IMG/VR virus record: IMGVR_UViG_3300025637_000017
Span: 1 to 53,098 of that record
DNA length: 53,098 bases
Origin: a virus
Taxonomy: Duplodnaviria > Caudoviricetes
Reading direction: 5' to 3' (one strand)
This document shows, in pieces, positions 36,901-46,642 of the stretch. The translations under genes and the position numbers were made by a program. Positions within the stretch are counted from its first letter, which is position 1. Every line of letters begins with the position of its first letter. The notes beneath the pieces are model-generated. The model did no database searches, was not told the DNA's origin, and was given only the letters and a program-made list of their open reading frames with translations.

Positions 36901-38824
36901 GGAGCGCGAGTAACCCTTCTCGTTGAGTACGGAGCTTCGCTATCTCACCCGCTTCCGCGATGTAGAGGGACACTAGTTCCTCTGTTGACGCAGTGTCCCC
37001 CTCACTCGCTTTACGCTTCCGTTCCTGCACAGCTGAGAGATTTTCATAGGCTGCTAAAACAGCATCCGAAGCAATCTTTAGGTCCTTACTGGCTTTTAGC
37101 TCCCCGTAAATAGCGTGGTTGTTCTCGAAGCGGGCTTCTGTTTCGGCAAGTTTTTTCTCCGCAAGTTGTGCCGTTGCTATCGCTTCTTGGACCGCCGCCT
37201 CCGCTCCCGCCTCCGTTTGAAGGATCGCTGCTGCGACAAGCTTCTCCTTCTCGGTCAGCAACTTCAGCTCCTGTAAAGAAGCCTCCGATTGGAGATCGTC
37301 TAGCTCGATGCGCTTGATTCTGTTCTGAATCAGTTCCTGCTCTTGGAGCAGTGTCTGGTAGCTTTGCTCGGTCAGCGCTTTCTCAGCGGCGGCGAGTTTA
37401 TTTAACGACTCTGTGGTGAGGTCTATGTTGTCTACCCCATCACCAAAAACATCAAACATGTACGCCGCCTGTACCGCGAGCATAACAAGTCCTAGTGGTC
37501 CACCTAGGAACGCCATTACCCCCTTAAGGCGTGTCATCGCAGCGCTAACGAAACCAGTGGTTGCTGCTAGTGTTCGGTTAGTTGCCGCCTGCGCTGCTTG
37601 TGCCGCAGTGAGCGCTCCCGTAGCGGCTGTTAGAGAGGCTCTGTTAGCGGTCGCCTGCTTCTCTAAAACGGTTAGTCGAGCTGTTTGGGTAGCTACCGCA
37701 GCTTCTGTCTTAGCCCTTGTTAGGTTAACCTCGATCTGACGTATCTTTACCGCCAGTGATTCGCCTTCGGCAACTAGGCTCGCCCTTACAGCAGCGGTTC
37801 TTCGAACCATCGTGGCTTGCTCCGCCACCATCGCTTTCTGGTTCTCTAGTGTTGCTGCTTTCTGTGCTCTGGTAGCCGCAATATTGGAGGCGATACTTTT
37901 CCCCCAACTATCCATAGTCTTAGCGACCTTTATTGAAACCAGCCCGATAAAAGCCTGCCCCAAAAGATCCGCGTTTTCCGTCAGAGCACCTATAATAGAC
38001 ACAACCTTATCGGTAGCCCCGTACTCCTTATTGATGCTTTGGATGCCTGTGATAACAACGTTCTGTGCGCGTTGTAAAGCATCGCCAACCGTAACAGGGA
38101 TCTGCTCGAACTGTCTGCGGATCTCTGGAGCGGATTTGGCGAGAGCTGACATTATCAGCTCGGTGGTTAGCTTACCCTCGATAGACATAGCACGGAGCTC
38201 TGCCTGTGTCTTGTTGGCACCCTTAGCGATCGCGTCCATAAGACCAACCGCGTTCTCAGATAGAGAACGGAATTCGTCGCCGCGAAGCAAACCAGATGAA
38301 AGCGCTTGGCTTAACTGGAGAAGGGAAGAAGAGGTTTCTTTGGCGGAGGCACCACCAATTTTTAGAGACTTGGACACAAGCTCTGTGATTTCCGAGAGCT
38401 GCAATGAGCCCGTCGTGACGTCCCCTAATCGTTGCTTTAAGCGAACGTAAAAGGAGGTAGTGGCCTCGATCGAGGCGCGAGAATCTTGGGAGACAGCGAG
38501 TAGCTCTCTCTGAGTTGCGACCAGATCAGCGTTACCGCTGGAGACTAGTCTTAAACGACCCTCTAATAGGGTCATTGAATCGGCGGCACGTATAGCCTCT
38601 CTTGCTAAGAGACCAATGGAGATACCCCCAAACGCTTTAGCAAAAGCGCTGGAGGCATTCGTACCCACCTGCATCGAACGATTATATCTATCTAAGGACT
38701 TTTGCCCCTTTCTAGATGATTCGTCAAGCCTTTTGATTGCTGCGGTAGATCCATCTGCCGCTCGCACCATACTTGCGTTTTCCCCCGTTAATCGAAGGAG
38801 GTGCTCGTATACTGTTCTACTCAT
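33947..38824 (-). CDS. Tape measure protein
   Basis: 1625 aa; QLSQAL.SG.LRGDEF.S..EN domain; Ala-rich coiled coil; Gly-rich hydrophobic segment. Confidence 0.95.
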   Translation of the reverse strand: MSRTVYEHLLRLTGENASMVRAADGSTAAIKRLDESSRKGQKSLDRYNRSMQVGTNASSAFAKAFGGISIGLLAREAIRAADSMTLLEGRLRLVSSGNADLVATQRELLAVSQDSRASIEATTSFYVRLKQRLGDVTTGSLQLSEITELVSKSLKIGGASAKETSSSLLQLSQALSSGLLRGDEFRSLSENAVGLMDAIAKGANKTQAELRAMSIEGKLTTELIMSALAKSAPEIRRQFEQIPVTVGDALQRAQNVVITGIQSINKEYGATDKVVSIIGALTENADLLGQAFIGLVSIKVAKTMDSWGKSIASNIAATRAQKAATLENQKAMVAEQATMVRRTAAVRASLVAEGESLAVKIRQIEVNLTRAKTEAAVATQTARLTVLEKQATANRASLTAATGALTAAQAAQAATNRTLAATTGFVSAAMTRLKGVMAFLGGPLGLVMLAVQAAYMFDVFGDGVDNIDLTTESLNKLAAAEKALTEQSYQTLLQEQELIQNRIKRIELDDLQSEASLQELKLLTEKEKLVAAAILQTEAGAEAAVQEAIATAQLAEKKLAETEARFENNHAIYGELKASKDLKIASDAVLAAYENLSAVQERKRKASEGDTASTEELVSLYIAEAGEIAKLRTQREGLLALQKDSVAMDKIGADGKKALANDIEELNKKIDQSSKKKKVELSVTEELEKKEADLRKEIALLDAAHKASGKEVSVYSVKLKALRTELAKHTGATEDVEKAVEELSGKYKSGEIDVAQYEKALKALRLTQAQVEGAMRSSGAATELAGKALKELNIDQQNQLKIQRISASEGAVAAEVYKTLKDVADKYGISIAELETKYPALVAQQAEFIAQREGIEKLNSAIEGFSKGLIDTIVDGESVEDFFKDLWKRMVKDFLASGLIQLLRSFFNGGTLDFSGFSIGNYFNNSGFGGNNAGGNTGGFNLGGNSGTGNNSLGGLAKDFGSYIGLSEQQTGAVLGGAAAAFGLYAGYQQITGGNKVSGAVQMGGAGLGAYNAYQKFTGGQEYTGMAGTYLGAAGNAFGIYNGIKQGGVMGYGSAAMNAAQLYGVGQTAGWWGGASQLGTALSASYGVNGATGLSGALAASYGSTASGLNLAATPYAQSLGQYTNFSGYVPPNMSTAGMGIDASQLAAQQGAQTGNGLSWLGKAGAVAGVAGGLYGMYSGIEQGGARGAATFGAGAIGAYAGTAALTGGASAVLGAMGPAGWAAMAVLTLAGMGGARDYDQILQEDYLPDLFGVQKGSAAGNNTGVFGSDFGVRGSGLNAQFLANGGANGNGGFFTGAQSSLDGFEEALRAAGFESLNSDFGTLRVLDKDKTVEDIMEVWQTYRDGLDEAVSYGEVFETAVQNGLVKPSNLFFENFSTGFGQSYFDARDSLGLIDARFDELSENGMASTDALFQSISEHYGIALEDAKYFVEQSGVSIDQWTNNFSTASDENLQKLFDFNDDGITSFESTMGAIGEIGELTVGGIADRFGDLSRTISEQGRSAVGDYLEQLRRLGVTTQGMGITTNSLNIPSLGVFSSALSGSETVLPSGIISSSSDQMYSIGVNGQESVTVNRKGMIERIESKLDALLSAGASDNSGGVGELITVIKGLVKEIRIERARPSYAR

Positions 38825-39190
38825 GGCTTGCTCTTATATATTCGTTTTCGATTACCTGTATGTCCTCCATAATTTCTTTACGAAGTTTTTTAACAGGGTA
38901 AAAAGCTTTTAGGTAAGCTAACACCGCGCTATAATCTAGTCCCGTAGGAACCGTCCTCTTGGTCCCAGATACATAGCGCATTTGTGTCATTACCTGCTTG
39001 AACGCCATAAAGGATTCAAGGTTTTCCTCATATAGTTCGAAATCCGTGAGGGCCTTTCGATCCGTTTGCTGAGCACGATAAGTTTCCTCATCCGCACCCA
39101 TAAATACCGCTTCCTCGAGTTCGTCGTCCAGTTCCTTCTCTCGGGCTCGGTTAACAGCGGCTCCGCAGAGGAAGCGTGCCGCCCCTGCTA
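38817..39190 (-). CDS. Tail assembly chaperone, -1 frameshift C-terminal part (gpGT-like)
   Basis: Open frame from the slippery site through TQ.R...TGLDY. Confidence 0.8.
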
Positions 39191-39613
39191 GTTTTTTAAG
39201 CGTTCACCAGTAGCACTCCAGAAAGCCGCATCAAATGCGCGGTAATATGCTGGGTGATCCATGAACTGTTTTAAAATAGCTCTACTAAAAGGAACCTCTT
39301 TATCATCAGCATCGTAATACTCTTTCCAACCAACGACACCATCCATAATGAACTTCTGTCCCTCCACACCGAGCTTCTCAATATCTTTATTGATCTCCAT
39401 TCTAGCCTTCTGATCGGAAGCCAGTATTTTCTTCTGCTCCAGATCTCTTGCCCGAACCGATAGCTCCTGTGTATCTCGAACAACTTGTTCCAAGCGTTTC
39501 CGATCCACACGTTTAAAGGTTACAGTGAACTCCACGGTCTTATCTTCCGCGAGCTCAACCGTGACAGGAACATTTACATGCTCCTCAAATCCACGTAATT
39601 TAAATTTTGACAT
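39188..39613 (-). CDS. Tail assembly chaperone (gpG-like)
   Basis: V.GW....D.D..EVPFS; ends in KN; between tail tube and tape measure. Confidence 0.85.
   Translation of the reverse strand: MSKFKLRGFEEHVNVPVTVELAEDKTVEFTVTFKRVDRKRLEQVVRDTQELSVRARDLEQKKILASDQKARMEINKDIEKLGVEGQKFIMDGVVGWKEYYDADDKEVPFSRAILKQFMDHPAYYRAFDAAFWSATGERLKN
39191..39197 (-). other. -1 ribosomal slippery heptamer A AAA AAC
   Basis: TTA AAA AAC TAG; -1 frame continues without a stop. Confidence 0.85.
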
Positions 39614-39631
39614 AACAACACCGTTTACCGT

Positions 39632-39686
39632 TTGACCGTGAAATAAGGATGTGGGAGGAGTGTCACGGTCAACAACACTCCCCCCA
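39632..39686 (-). promoter_or_regulatory. Intergenic hairpin/pseudoknot between tail tube and chaperone genes
   Basis: 12-bp bulged stem; loop complementary (10 nt) to downstream sequence. Confidence 0.5.
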
Positions 39687-39697
39687 CTCTACACTAC

Positions 39698-40690
39698 TTA
39701 CGCGGCGTAGAAACCAAAATCAATCGTGTCATCTTGAACTTCAATCTGACCCTGAAGACCAACATTACCATCCTCTAGAGCGACCTCAGAGAGACCCATC
39801 AATTTGCCAGTTGCGTTCAACTTGAAGATATGCCCAACACGATTATCCATGCTCAATACAAGATCATAGAAGTTCTGTTGGATGTGATCCTCTGCCCACT
39901 CAAAAGGATTAGCTACACCATCAAAATCAAGTTGCTTGAAGGTAATATCGATTAAGATCTTCTCTTCTTGCAGACTAATATCGGCGCAGTTAGGCTTATC
40001 GATCGGAACAACCGACCAACCAAGATTAGGTATGTTGAAAGAGTGTACGCAGAGCGTCTCACTATTAAAGGTCAGAGTATTAAATGATCCGTTAGTGAAC
40101 GTTACTGGGCTAGCTGTGATAGCTGGAACAGTGGTTCCTAAAGGAGTAGAGGCAACCTCTACAGGTCGCTCATAAACACCCGTCATGTCCGTAACAACGA
40201 ACTTAGGGCGATCATCACTCAGACTAATACCCAGTTGTCCGCGAGCATTGTATGTGTCGTAGCGGTAAACCTTGTAATCTCCCACACCGTTAGTAGCTAC
40301 TCGTCGAACCATGCCGAGGCTAGCCATATCGATGTTAGATCGATCCGAAGGTGTGAACACCGCTTCGCCCGTAGCGAGAGCCATATCGTAGCCACAAGCT
40401 CGGATAACGTCAGCTGCAGGTGGATCATTAATCTCACCCGCGCCAGCATCGCCGCCACCAATAAGATCCATTTCAAAACTGAACTTATTGTATTGGGTAG
40501 TGTGCTTGGTTAGTGCGTTACGACCAGAGCCGCCGTCATAATCGATAGTAACTGTCTCACCATCATAGATGGTCGCTTCGAGATTAGAGGTACGGATAAT
40601 GTCCGTCGCATCAAAGGTCTCTTTGACGTCAACAGCTGCTTGGTTTTCGAAGTACAGTGCCTTCGACTTATCATTTATATTGGTTGTCAT
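39698..40690 (-). CDS. Major tail tube protein
   Basis: 330 aa; ..RACG....FTP and ARG motifs; upstream of chaperones. Confidence 0.8.
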   Translation of the reverse strand: MTTNINDKSKALYFENQAAVDVKETFDATDIIRTSNLEATIYDGETVTIDYDGGSGRNALTKHTTQYNKFSFEMDLIGGGDAGAGEINDPPAADVIRACGYDMALATGEAVFTPSDRSNIDMASLGMVRRVATNGVGDYKVYRYDTYNARGQLGISLSDDRPKFVVTDMTGVYERPVEVASTPLGTTVPAITASPVTFTNGSFNTLTFNSETLCVHSFNIPNLGWSVVPIDKPNCADISLQEEKILIDITFKQLDFDGVANPFEWAEDHIQQNFYDLVLSMDNRVGHIFKLNATGKLMGLSEVALEDGNVGLQGQIEVQDDTIDFGFYAA

Positions 40691-40890
40691 TACTTACCTC
40701 TTTTAGTAGTGGCTGACTTGGTTTTTTGAGAGGCGTCTTCAGACAACTCTGATTTATTCTCGGAGACCTTTGCTTCCACAACTGGTTCCTCGATCTTGGT
40801 GGCTGCAACGATATCAAAACCGCACTCTTCGCAACCTAGGGTGCTCTCTTTAACAAGTACCCCCTTTTTGTTTCTATAAATTTTTGGCAT
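40690..40890 (-). CDS. Hypothetical protein
   Basis: TAATG coupling at both ends; GGAGG RBS. Confidence 0.65.
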   Translation of the reverse strand: MPKIYRNKKGVLVKESTLGCEECGFDIVAATKIEEPVVEAKVSENKSELSEDASQKTKSATTKRGK

Positions 40891-41306
40891 TAACAGCCTC
40901 CTAGTGAATAAGTTTTATAGACCTCAACCCAGTGATAGGTTGATCCCCTTACTGTGACGATATCCCCCGATACGTAAACCATCGCGTGGTTAGGGATATC
41001 CGTCTGCTCTGGGTTGGGACGAATCCCACTAGCCCGAACAACCTTGTTTAGGTGTTTTCGTGCGTGGAACAAATCCCCCACCTTGCAGAAAATTATAAAC
41101 GCTACATTGTCCTCGCTCGCTTGCTCCTCAGTACCGTCATACACCGTCATACCTCTCGGTACGGAAGAAACGGGCTGCATATAACAGGCTGGCAGGTCTC
41201 TCATGACCGACTCCGCGGGCTCCTGAAAAGTAGCTAGATCGAAGACCTTGAAGTACTCCTCCATGTCCGCCCGAATCTCTTCTGCAAAGCTATAGTTATC
41301 TAACAC
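40890..41306 (-). CDS. Tail terminator-like protein
   Basis: LPA.Y..P motif, size and position. Confidence 0.6.
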   Translation of the reverse strand: MLDNYSFAEEIRADMEEYFKVFDLATFQEPAESVMRDLPACYMQPVSSVPRGMTVYDGTEEQASEDNVAFIIFCKVGDLFHARKHLNKVVRASGIRPNPEQTDIPNHAMVYVSGDIVTVRGSTYHWVEVYKTYSLGGC

Positions 41307-41953
41307 TAGGTTAACCCCAACCGTCTTCTAAAATGATAATCAAAACGACTATCGTAGTGTGCCTGTATATCCTTCTGAAGGACCCCTCCTCCCGATAAAG
41401 AACGAACCATTTCTGGTACCGCTATCGTTCTGAGAACCTTGATCTTAACCTTCCTTCCAGCGTACTTCGGAGAGGCTGCTTCGGCTGCGCTCAAGCGCTT
41501 CCAAATTAGCTCATCCGTTCCTCTTCCGAGTAGTCTAAAACCACCCTTAACAACCTTCGTGCCACCCGTCTTCTTAATCTTAACCCGAGGGCTTGACTTG
41601 GCGGCGGTCCCGAACCTACCTAGGTTCGGTCGGTTATCTTTATAAACAAGATCTACTTGTTCTTTTGTCCCGTAGCTTCTAGCCAAGAAGGATTTCTCCC
41701 TAACCTTAGCTGCCGAAACATTATATACTTTACGGACCTCTTTACTTACAGCTGTCCTAGTCTTATTGCCAGTGTCTCTCAAGGCGCGTCGACTAACGTC
41801 GCTCACATTCTTAGCGCCATACAACTGCACCAATTTCTTTGTGTCGTCTGCCCTGAACTGAAACATTACGTTGGCTCTACCTCGATGGTTCGAATATACC
41901 CATCGTCCATCACCTCTCTTCCCAGTGTGTAATCCTTGCCTGTTTCTAAACAA
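41306..41953 (-). CDS. Tail completion protein (lambda gpZ-like; start uncertain)
   Basis: Basic; RAL..T....RT...KEVR.VYNV. Confidence 0.7.
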   Translation of the reverse strand: MFRNRQGLHTGKRGDGRWVYSNHRGRANVMFQFRADDTKKLVQLYGAKNVSDVSRRALRDTGNKTRTAVSKEVRKVYNVSAAKVREKSFLARSYGTKEQVDLVYKDNRPNLGRFGTAAKSSPRVKIKKTGGTKVVKGGFRLLGRGTDELIWKRLSAAEAASPKYAGRKVKIKVLRTIAVPEMVRSLSGGGVLQKDIQAHYDSRFDYHFRRRLGLT

Positions 41954-42174
41954 GTGATTCTGGATCTAGAGGTATCATGTTGGGGAAGCTCCTCTGTCAG
42001 TACCTGTACCATATCAGATTGATAAATCATTTCTTGGTACTCTCCATCAAGAGTAATCGACACCTGCGTAGTTATACGAACAGGTGTCTCCTCCCCATCA
42101 CGATCAATGTACACGCCCTGAGTGCTATGTTGCCTAAAGACACTTCTAGCTACCCTTCTCTCACGGCGTGCCAT
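41866..42174 (-). CDS. Head-tail joining protein (gpFII-like)
   Basis: 102 aa after the capsid gene; DDG near C-terminus. Confidence 0.6.
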   Translation of the reverse strand: MARRERRVARSVFRQHSTQGVYIDRDGEETPVRITTQVSITLDGEYQEMIYQSDMVQVLTEELPQHDTSRSRITCLETGKDYTLGREVMDDGYIRTIEVEPT

Positions 42175-42180
42175 TATTTA

Positions 42181-43200
42181 CTACCAAGCCGCAACTACAG
42201 CAGCGTTCTGACCACCACGGACAACCGCGTTAGGACGAGTATTTAGAACCAACGGGTTGCTCTGCGTCTCGATAGTGATACCCTTGTCGAAAGGCATCGG
42301 CTCAGACTTAGAGTAAAAATCAATACCCATAGTGTTCGCAGCTTCCATGTAGTCCGCTGGCGCATAGCGCTCAATGAACATACCCTGAACGCCCTCTGGG
42401 AAACCCCAAGCTTCGTCCGCCTCGATAGTAACGCCTTCACCACCACGATACTCTTCGAACGTAATGCCCGCATAAGTAAAGCCGTTACGAAGATCATCGC
42501 GCTGCATAGAGGACTCGTTAAAACGATTCCAAGAAGCTACGACCAATGGGTGAGAGGTGAACGCATCGAAGAAATCAGCGCCACAAAGAACCCGAAGACC
42601 TCTGTAACCGACCTTACCTAGCTTAGACTCAACCAAGCGCTTGAAAGCCATACATTGGTTACGAATGTCTGTGGCGTCCGTATCAAGATCCCAGTCAAAC
42701 TGAGTCTCGGTAGTACCCATAGCATTATGGATATCCAAGATAACAGAAGAGCCGTCCGCGTCGAGCAACGTACCCTTAATGGCGCCTAAACGAAGGTTCT
42801 CCATTGTTAGGTTGATGTTACTTACGTGATCCATCAACAGCTCATCGATCTTAGCCTGAAGAGCTGCGTTTGATGGACCGCCTTCCTCACCGAACAAACG
42901 GATATCTTGAAGCTGTGCTGCAAGAATATTCGAACGCTGTGGTAAGTGGATCGTGCTGAAAGGACGAGACTCGTACTTAGTGCCTACAACAGTAGTAGGC
43001 GTTGAACCGCGAGCTTGCGAGGGTACTAAACGAACCGCATCCTGCGCAATGTCGATAGAGACAGTAGTGGTATCAATACCACGGGCCTCAAATAAATTGA
43101 GCTCCGACAATCGAGTCGGAACATACGTTTGCTTCTTGATAGCAAGCGTAAGTGAACGCATGCTAAAAGCATCATTATTAAAAATGTCTGGTTGTGCCAT
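42181..43200 (-). CDS. Major capsid protein (lambda gpE family)
   Basis: F.M.SLT.AI, T.E.LR.GAIKG..LDADG, GITFEEY, QSNPL...TRP. Confidence 0.92.
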   Translation of the reverse strand: MAQPDIFNNDAFSMRSLTLAIKKQTYVPTRLSELNLFEARGIDTTTVSIDIAQDAVRLVPSQARGSTPTTVVGTKYESRPFSTIHLPQRSNILAAQLQDIRLFGEEGGPSNAALQAKIDELLMDHVSNINLTMENLRLGAIKGTLLDADGSSVILDIHNAMGTTETQFDWDLDTDATDIRNQCMAFKRLVESKLGKVGYRGLRVLCGADFFDAFTSHPLVVASWNRFNESSMQRDDLRNGFTYAGITFEEYRGGEGVTIEADEAWGFPEGVQGMFIERYAPADYMEAANTMGIDFYSKSEPMPFDKGITIETQSNPLVLNTRPNAVVRGGQNAAVVAAW

Positions 43201-43215
43201 TAGATTTTCTCCTTG

Positions 43216-43578
43216 TTAAACTACTTTGATGCCCTGCGCTTCAAGGCGCACGGTAGCAGCTGTTATCTTGCCCGCATCAAATCCTGATGGGAATGTTAGT
43301 CTGCCGAGGGCTACCTCAGCATCCTTATCGATCACAGCAACTTGGACCAAAGTCTCGCCCTGTGGGATAGTTGTGTAGAGCACGCCAACTGGGTCCGTAT
43401 CTAAATCCACAACAGCCTTCCACTCGCCCGCTGTTAATTGTACGACAGTGCCGCTAACTACTTTCGCAGCTGGTGCGTCGAATGCCGCCTCTGGAGCGCC
43501 TTCCGTAAAGGAACGCTTTCCGTTCGCAAGTGATACAACAAACTCACCCTCATGATTACTTTCTGTTAGAACAGTCAT
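43216..43578 (-). CDS. Head decoration protein (gpD-like)
   Basis: EF.VS.ANG.RS; L...GI.V terminus; position. Confidence 0.8.
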   Translation of the reverse strand: MTVLTESNHEGEFVVSLANGKRSFTEGAPEAAFDAPAAKVVSGTVVQLTAGEWKAVVDLDTDPVGVLYTTIPQGETLVQVAVIDKDAEVALGRLTFPSGFDAGKITAATVRLEAQGIKVV

Positions 43579-43595
43579 TTATTTTCTCCGTCCGA

Positions 43596-44903
43596 TTACT
43601 TGTTAGTTTTGTTTTGGAAGCTGTACAAAAGAGCTGTCTCTTGTGCGGCAGTCATTCCAGTGTCAGCATTCTTTTTGTCCGCTTCCGCTTCCTCTGAAAT
43701 AGCTGTACTGATATCAGCTTCCTCTTTCAAGGAATTGATGATAGCGCCCGCTAGTTCCGCTGGATCAGCAAAATGCGCAGAGATAGCGGCTACTTGTGCA
43801 GCATCCATCCCAGCGGCAGTAAGCTTATCGCTCAACTTACCTAACGTGTCTAAGGAAGCCTTTACGGTATCCTCACTAGCGCCCTGCTTAATGAAGTAGC
43901 CTGCGAGGTGACTCGCTGCTTTTTCTTCACATAGGTTCACGATAGCCATTGCATCGAACGCCTTGCTTGTTTGTATGGGAGCGTCTTCAGCTGCGTTCGC
44001 GCCAGTAATAGCGGTATTAGCGGCTTGGTCGCCCTGATTAGTTTTCTTAGTCATAGTTGTAATAACCTCGTTAAATGACATAATTTCGTCAGCCAAGCCA
44101 AGCTCAACTGCTCTCGCTCCAGTGTACACCTGCGCCTCTGTGTCCATCACAGTCTGCGTAGGTAGTCCACGGTTTGTTGCAACCAGCTCAACGAACATTG
44201 ATCTCGTTTCGTCAATCCTAGTCTGTATCGAGGCTCTCACCTCGTCGGATAATGCTTCGAACGGATTAGCATCAACCTTGTGCTTTCCTGCATGAAGGAG
44301 AGTTACCTTAACTCCCTCATTAGCCAATTTCTCGGACATATCTTGGTGAGCTACTACCACACCAATAGAACCTACTACCCCCGTTCGGGGCATATAGATC
44401 GTCTCCGCGGAGCACGCTATAGCGTACGCTGCTGAGCAAGCTGTCTCTCCCACATAAGCGGCGATAGGCTTCTCGTCTCTAGAGACCGCGATAAGATCGC
44501 AGAGCTCAAATAAACCAGCAACCTCTCCTCCGCTTGAATCGATATCTAATACAATCGACTCTACTCTTGGATCGTTCAGTGCGCTCGAGAATAATCCGAG
44601 TATCCCATTGTATCCTTGCATACCCGAGCTACTGGGTATCTGACTACCCTTATTAACCAGAGTCCCGCTGATAGGGATAACACCCACACCTTCGTGTACC
44701 GTGTAACTCTCCGCTCTTGATCTTTTCGGAGCACCGTGCATTGCTTCCATAGGAGTCAATTCGGTTCCATCAGATAGAGCGATTGTTTCTAAATTATAAT
44801 CTGGTTGTTTCGCCGCAAAAGCTGCGACGAATGTTGCTAGGTATCCCTGCTCAACCAACAAAGGGGTATTAAAGATCCGCCCCGCTAAATTAAGGTGCTT
44901 CAT
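43596..44903 (-). CDS. S49 prohead protease (gpC-like), probably with nested scaffold from 44054
   Basis: IDS.GGE, ACSAAY, GSIGV, G.HK; Ala-rich C-terminus after MTKK. Confidence 0.9.
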   Translation of the reverse strand: MKHLNLAGRIFNTPLLVEQGYLATFVAAFAAKQPDYNLETIALSDGTELTPMEAMHGAPKRSRAESYTVHEGVGVIPISGTLVNKGSQIPSSSGMQGYNGILGLFSSALNDPRVESIVLDIDSSGGEVAGLFELCDLIAVSRDEKPIAAYVGETACSAAYAIACSAETIYMPRTGVVGSIGVVVAHQDMSEKLANEGVKVTLLHAGKHKVDANPFEALSDEVRASIQTRIDETRSMFVELVATNRGLPTQTVMDTEAQVYTGARAVELGLADEIMSFNEVITTMTKKTNQGDQAANTAITGANAAEDAPIQTSKAFDAMAIVNLCEEKAASHLAGYFIKQGASEDTVKASLDTLGKLSDKLTAAGMDAAQVAAISAHFADPAELAGAIINSLKEEADISTAISEEAEADKKNADTGMTAAQETALLYSFQNKTNK

Positions 44904-46418
44904 TTATTTCTCCTCATCCTCTTCGGCGGGTTCTTTCTCCTCTACAAGGAGATCGTTCTCGCTCATCAATTGTTTTTTACGAGTGGCGTGAGCTATGTTA
45001 GCCTCGAGTACCTTCGCGGAATCACAATTAAGCTTTCGAGCTTCTTTCTCGTGAGTACTTAGGTCCGCCTCTATTCTTGCTACAGCTGCCTGAGCATCCT
45101 GTAAAGGATGTACATAAGCCCAACCCTGCGGGCGCCAGTCTGTGGCTAGATATTCTTTTTTCTTGTTCGCGTAATCTGGAAGACTGATAGCTCCACTAAA
45201 CACCGCCTCATCCAACCACCATTCAGCGATCTTCTCAAGAACCTGTTGTATTAAATAAATCTCTTGGACTGCCTCAATCTCTCTCTGGAAGTCATTAAGT
45301 ATCGCTCTTAAAATACGATCATTAACGCTCTTCCAATCACCCGTAACGAGCTCATAAGGAACACCGAAAGATGCAGAGATAGCCATAAGCTGCTGTCTCA
45401 TATAGTCCGCGTAGAACTCTCCACCCGACTCACCATCAAATAAGTTCAGGTTTTCACCATCACCTAACTGGGTTATTGATCCCGCCTGAAAAGACACCGA
45501 TGGTAAGGGCTCATCCCCCATATCAAATGGTATTCCTGTTAAAGGATCTATCTGTACTCCAGTCGCTGGGTCGTATCTCGCTTCGCGCTCAATGGTACCC
45601 GTGAAGGATGCTTTGTTTTTCTTGCGCTCCAACTCATAATCATCATACGCTTCGAGGTTAGAGTTCTTGAATATACCCGAAGAAAACACGGGTAACGCTC
45701 TAAGCTGACCTGCTCGCAAGGGTATGTAGTGATGGATAACATCCTTCGCTAATATCCTTACTCTCTGGGTACCCTCACTAGTGAAGGTACCAAATGTTCT
45801 GTCCGAGGGATGCTTCTTAAAGAAGTGGTAAGCTATCCTCTCGCCGCTAGTATTCATTTCTATACTAGATATAATCTGGTTGCCGTTATTAAGAGTTCTG
45901 TTGAACGTTGGGTCCAACATGTCTGACTCAAGTAACTGGCACTGCATAGGAACAGCCATTCCTTTATAAGCGGGTCTTCTGCGACGTCTTATAAAGATCT
46001 CCCCTACCTCATTTCTGCCCCGACTTATTAGTCTCTGTGCAGCGTACAAGTGCCCCACATGTTCCGCGAACATAGTAGGTATGCTTTCCTTCCACAAGCT
46101 GTTAAGCTCGTCCCGAAGGTTCTCGTCCTCATTCTCAAACGTACAAGTTATACCTGTGCCGATCTCGTGCTTAACTAGGGACCGTAATCCGTTGCTAATA
46201 TAAGGGCCATTTCGAACCGCGTCTCTAGCTCTATCCTGAGATAGTCGAAGCTCAGGGCTAACCGCCGAGTTCGGGCCCGCTGGCTTGCCTGCCATTACTG
46301 CAGAGCGTGTTCCTCTACTAGCTGATACGTTATGCGTGCTACGAGAGTTCTGCTTGGGGGTCTCCTCAACAGCTGCTTCTGCAGAGCGTCCGAGAATATA
46401 ATCCGCTATAACACCCAT
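44904..46418 (-). CDS. Portal protein (lambda family)
   Basis: RARD..RN, IG.GI, QLLE.D.L, AY.F...HP, GVPYE..TGD...VN. Confidence 0.92.
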   Translation of the reverse strand: MGVIADYILGRSAEAAVEETPKQNSRSTHNVSASRGTRSAVMAGKPAGPNSAVSPELRLSQDRARDAVRNGPYISNGLRSLVKHEIGTGITCTFENEDENLRDELNSLWKESIPTMFAEHVGHLYAAQRLISRGRNEVGEIFIRRRRRPAYKGMAVPMQCQLLESDMLDPTFNRTLNNGNQIISSIEMNTSGERIAYHFFKKHPSDRTFGTFTSEGTQRVRILAKDVIHHYIPLRAGQLRALPVFSSGIFKNSNLEAYDDYELERKKNKASFTGTIEREARYDPATGVQIDPLTGIPFDMGDEPLPSVSFQAGSITQLGDGENLNLFDGESGGEFYADYMRQQLMAISASFGVPYELVTGDWKSVNDRILRAILNDFQREIEAVQEIYLIQQVLEKIAEWWLDEAVFSGAISLPDYANKKKEYLATDWRPQGWAYVHPLQDAQAAVARIEADLSTHEKEARKLNCDSAKVLEANIAHATRKKQLMSENDLLVEEKEPAEEDEEK

Positions 46419-46420
46419 CC

Positions 46421-46642
46421 TTATAACCCCGAGCTGATGTTAAGTCTAAAGGACTGCACGCGACTCTTAGATGGAGAATCCTTACTCTGTAGAGAAGCAA
46501 TAATTCTCTGCTCAATACGAAGCATTTCATCCAGATCTCTATACTCTACATACCGATCCTGATGCTTTGACTTAAGTTCACCAGCAGCTATTGCCTCTTG
46601 GAGATACCTTAAATCCGACTCAGTATAATTATCTACCTGCAT
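46421..46642 (-). CDS. Head completion protein (gpW-like)
   Basis: L..AIA.G......DR.VEYR.LDE. Confidence 0.8.
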   Translation of the reverse strand: MQVDNYTESDLRYLQEAIAAGELKSKHQDRYVEYRDLDEMLRIEQRIIASLQSKDSPSKSRVQSFRLNISSGL

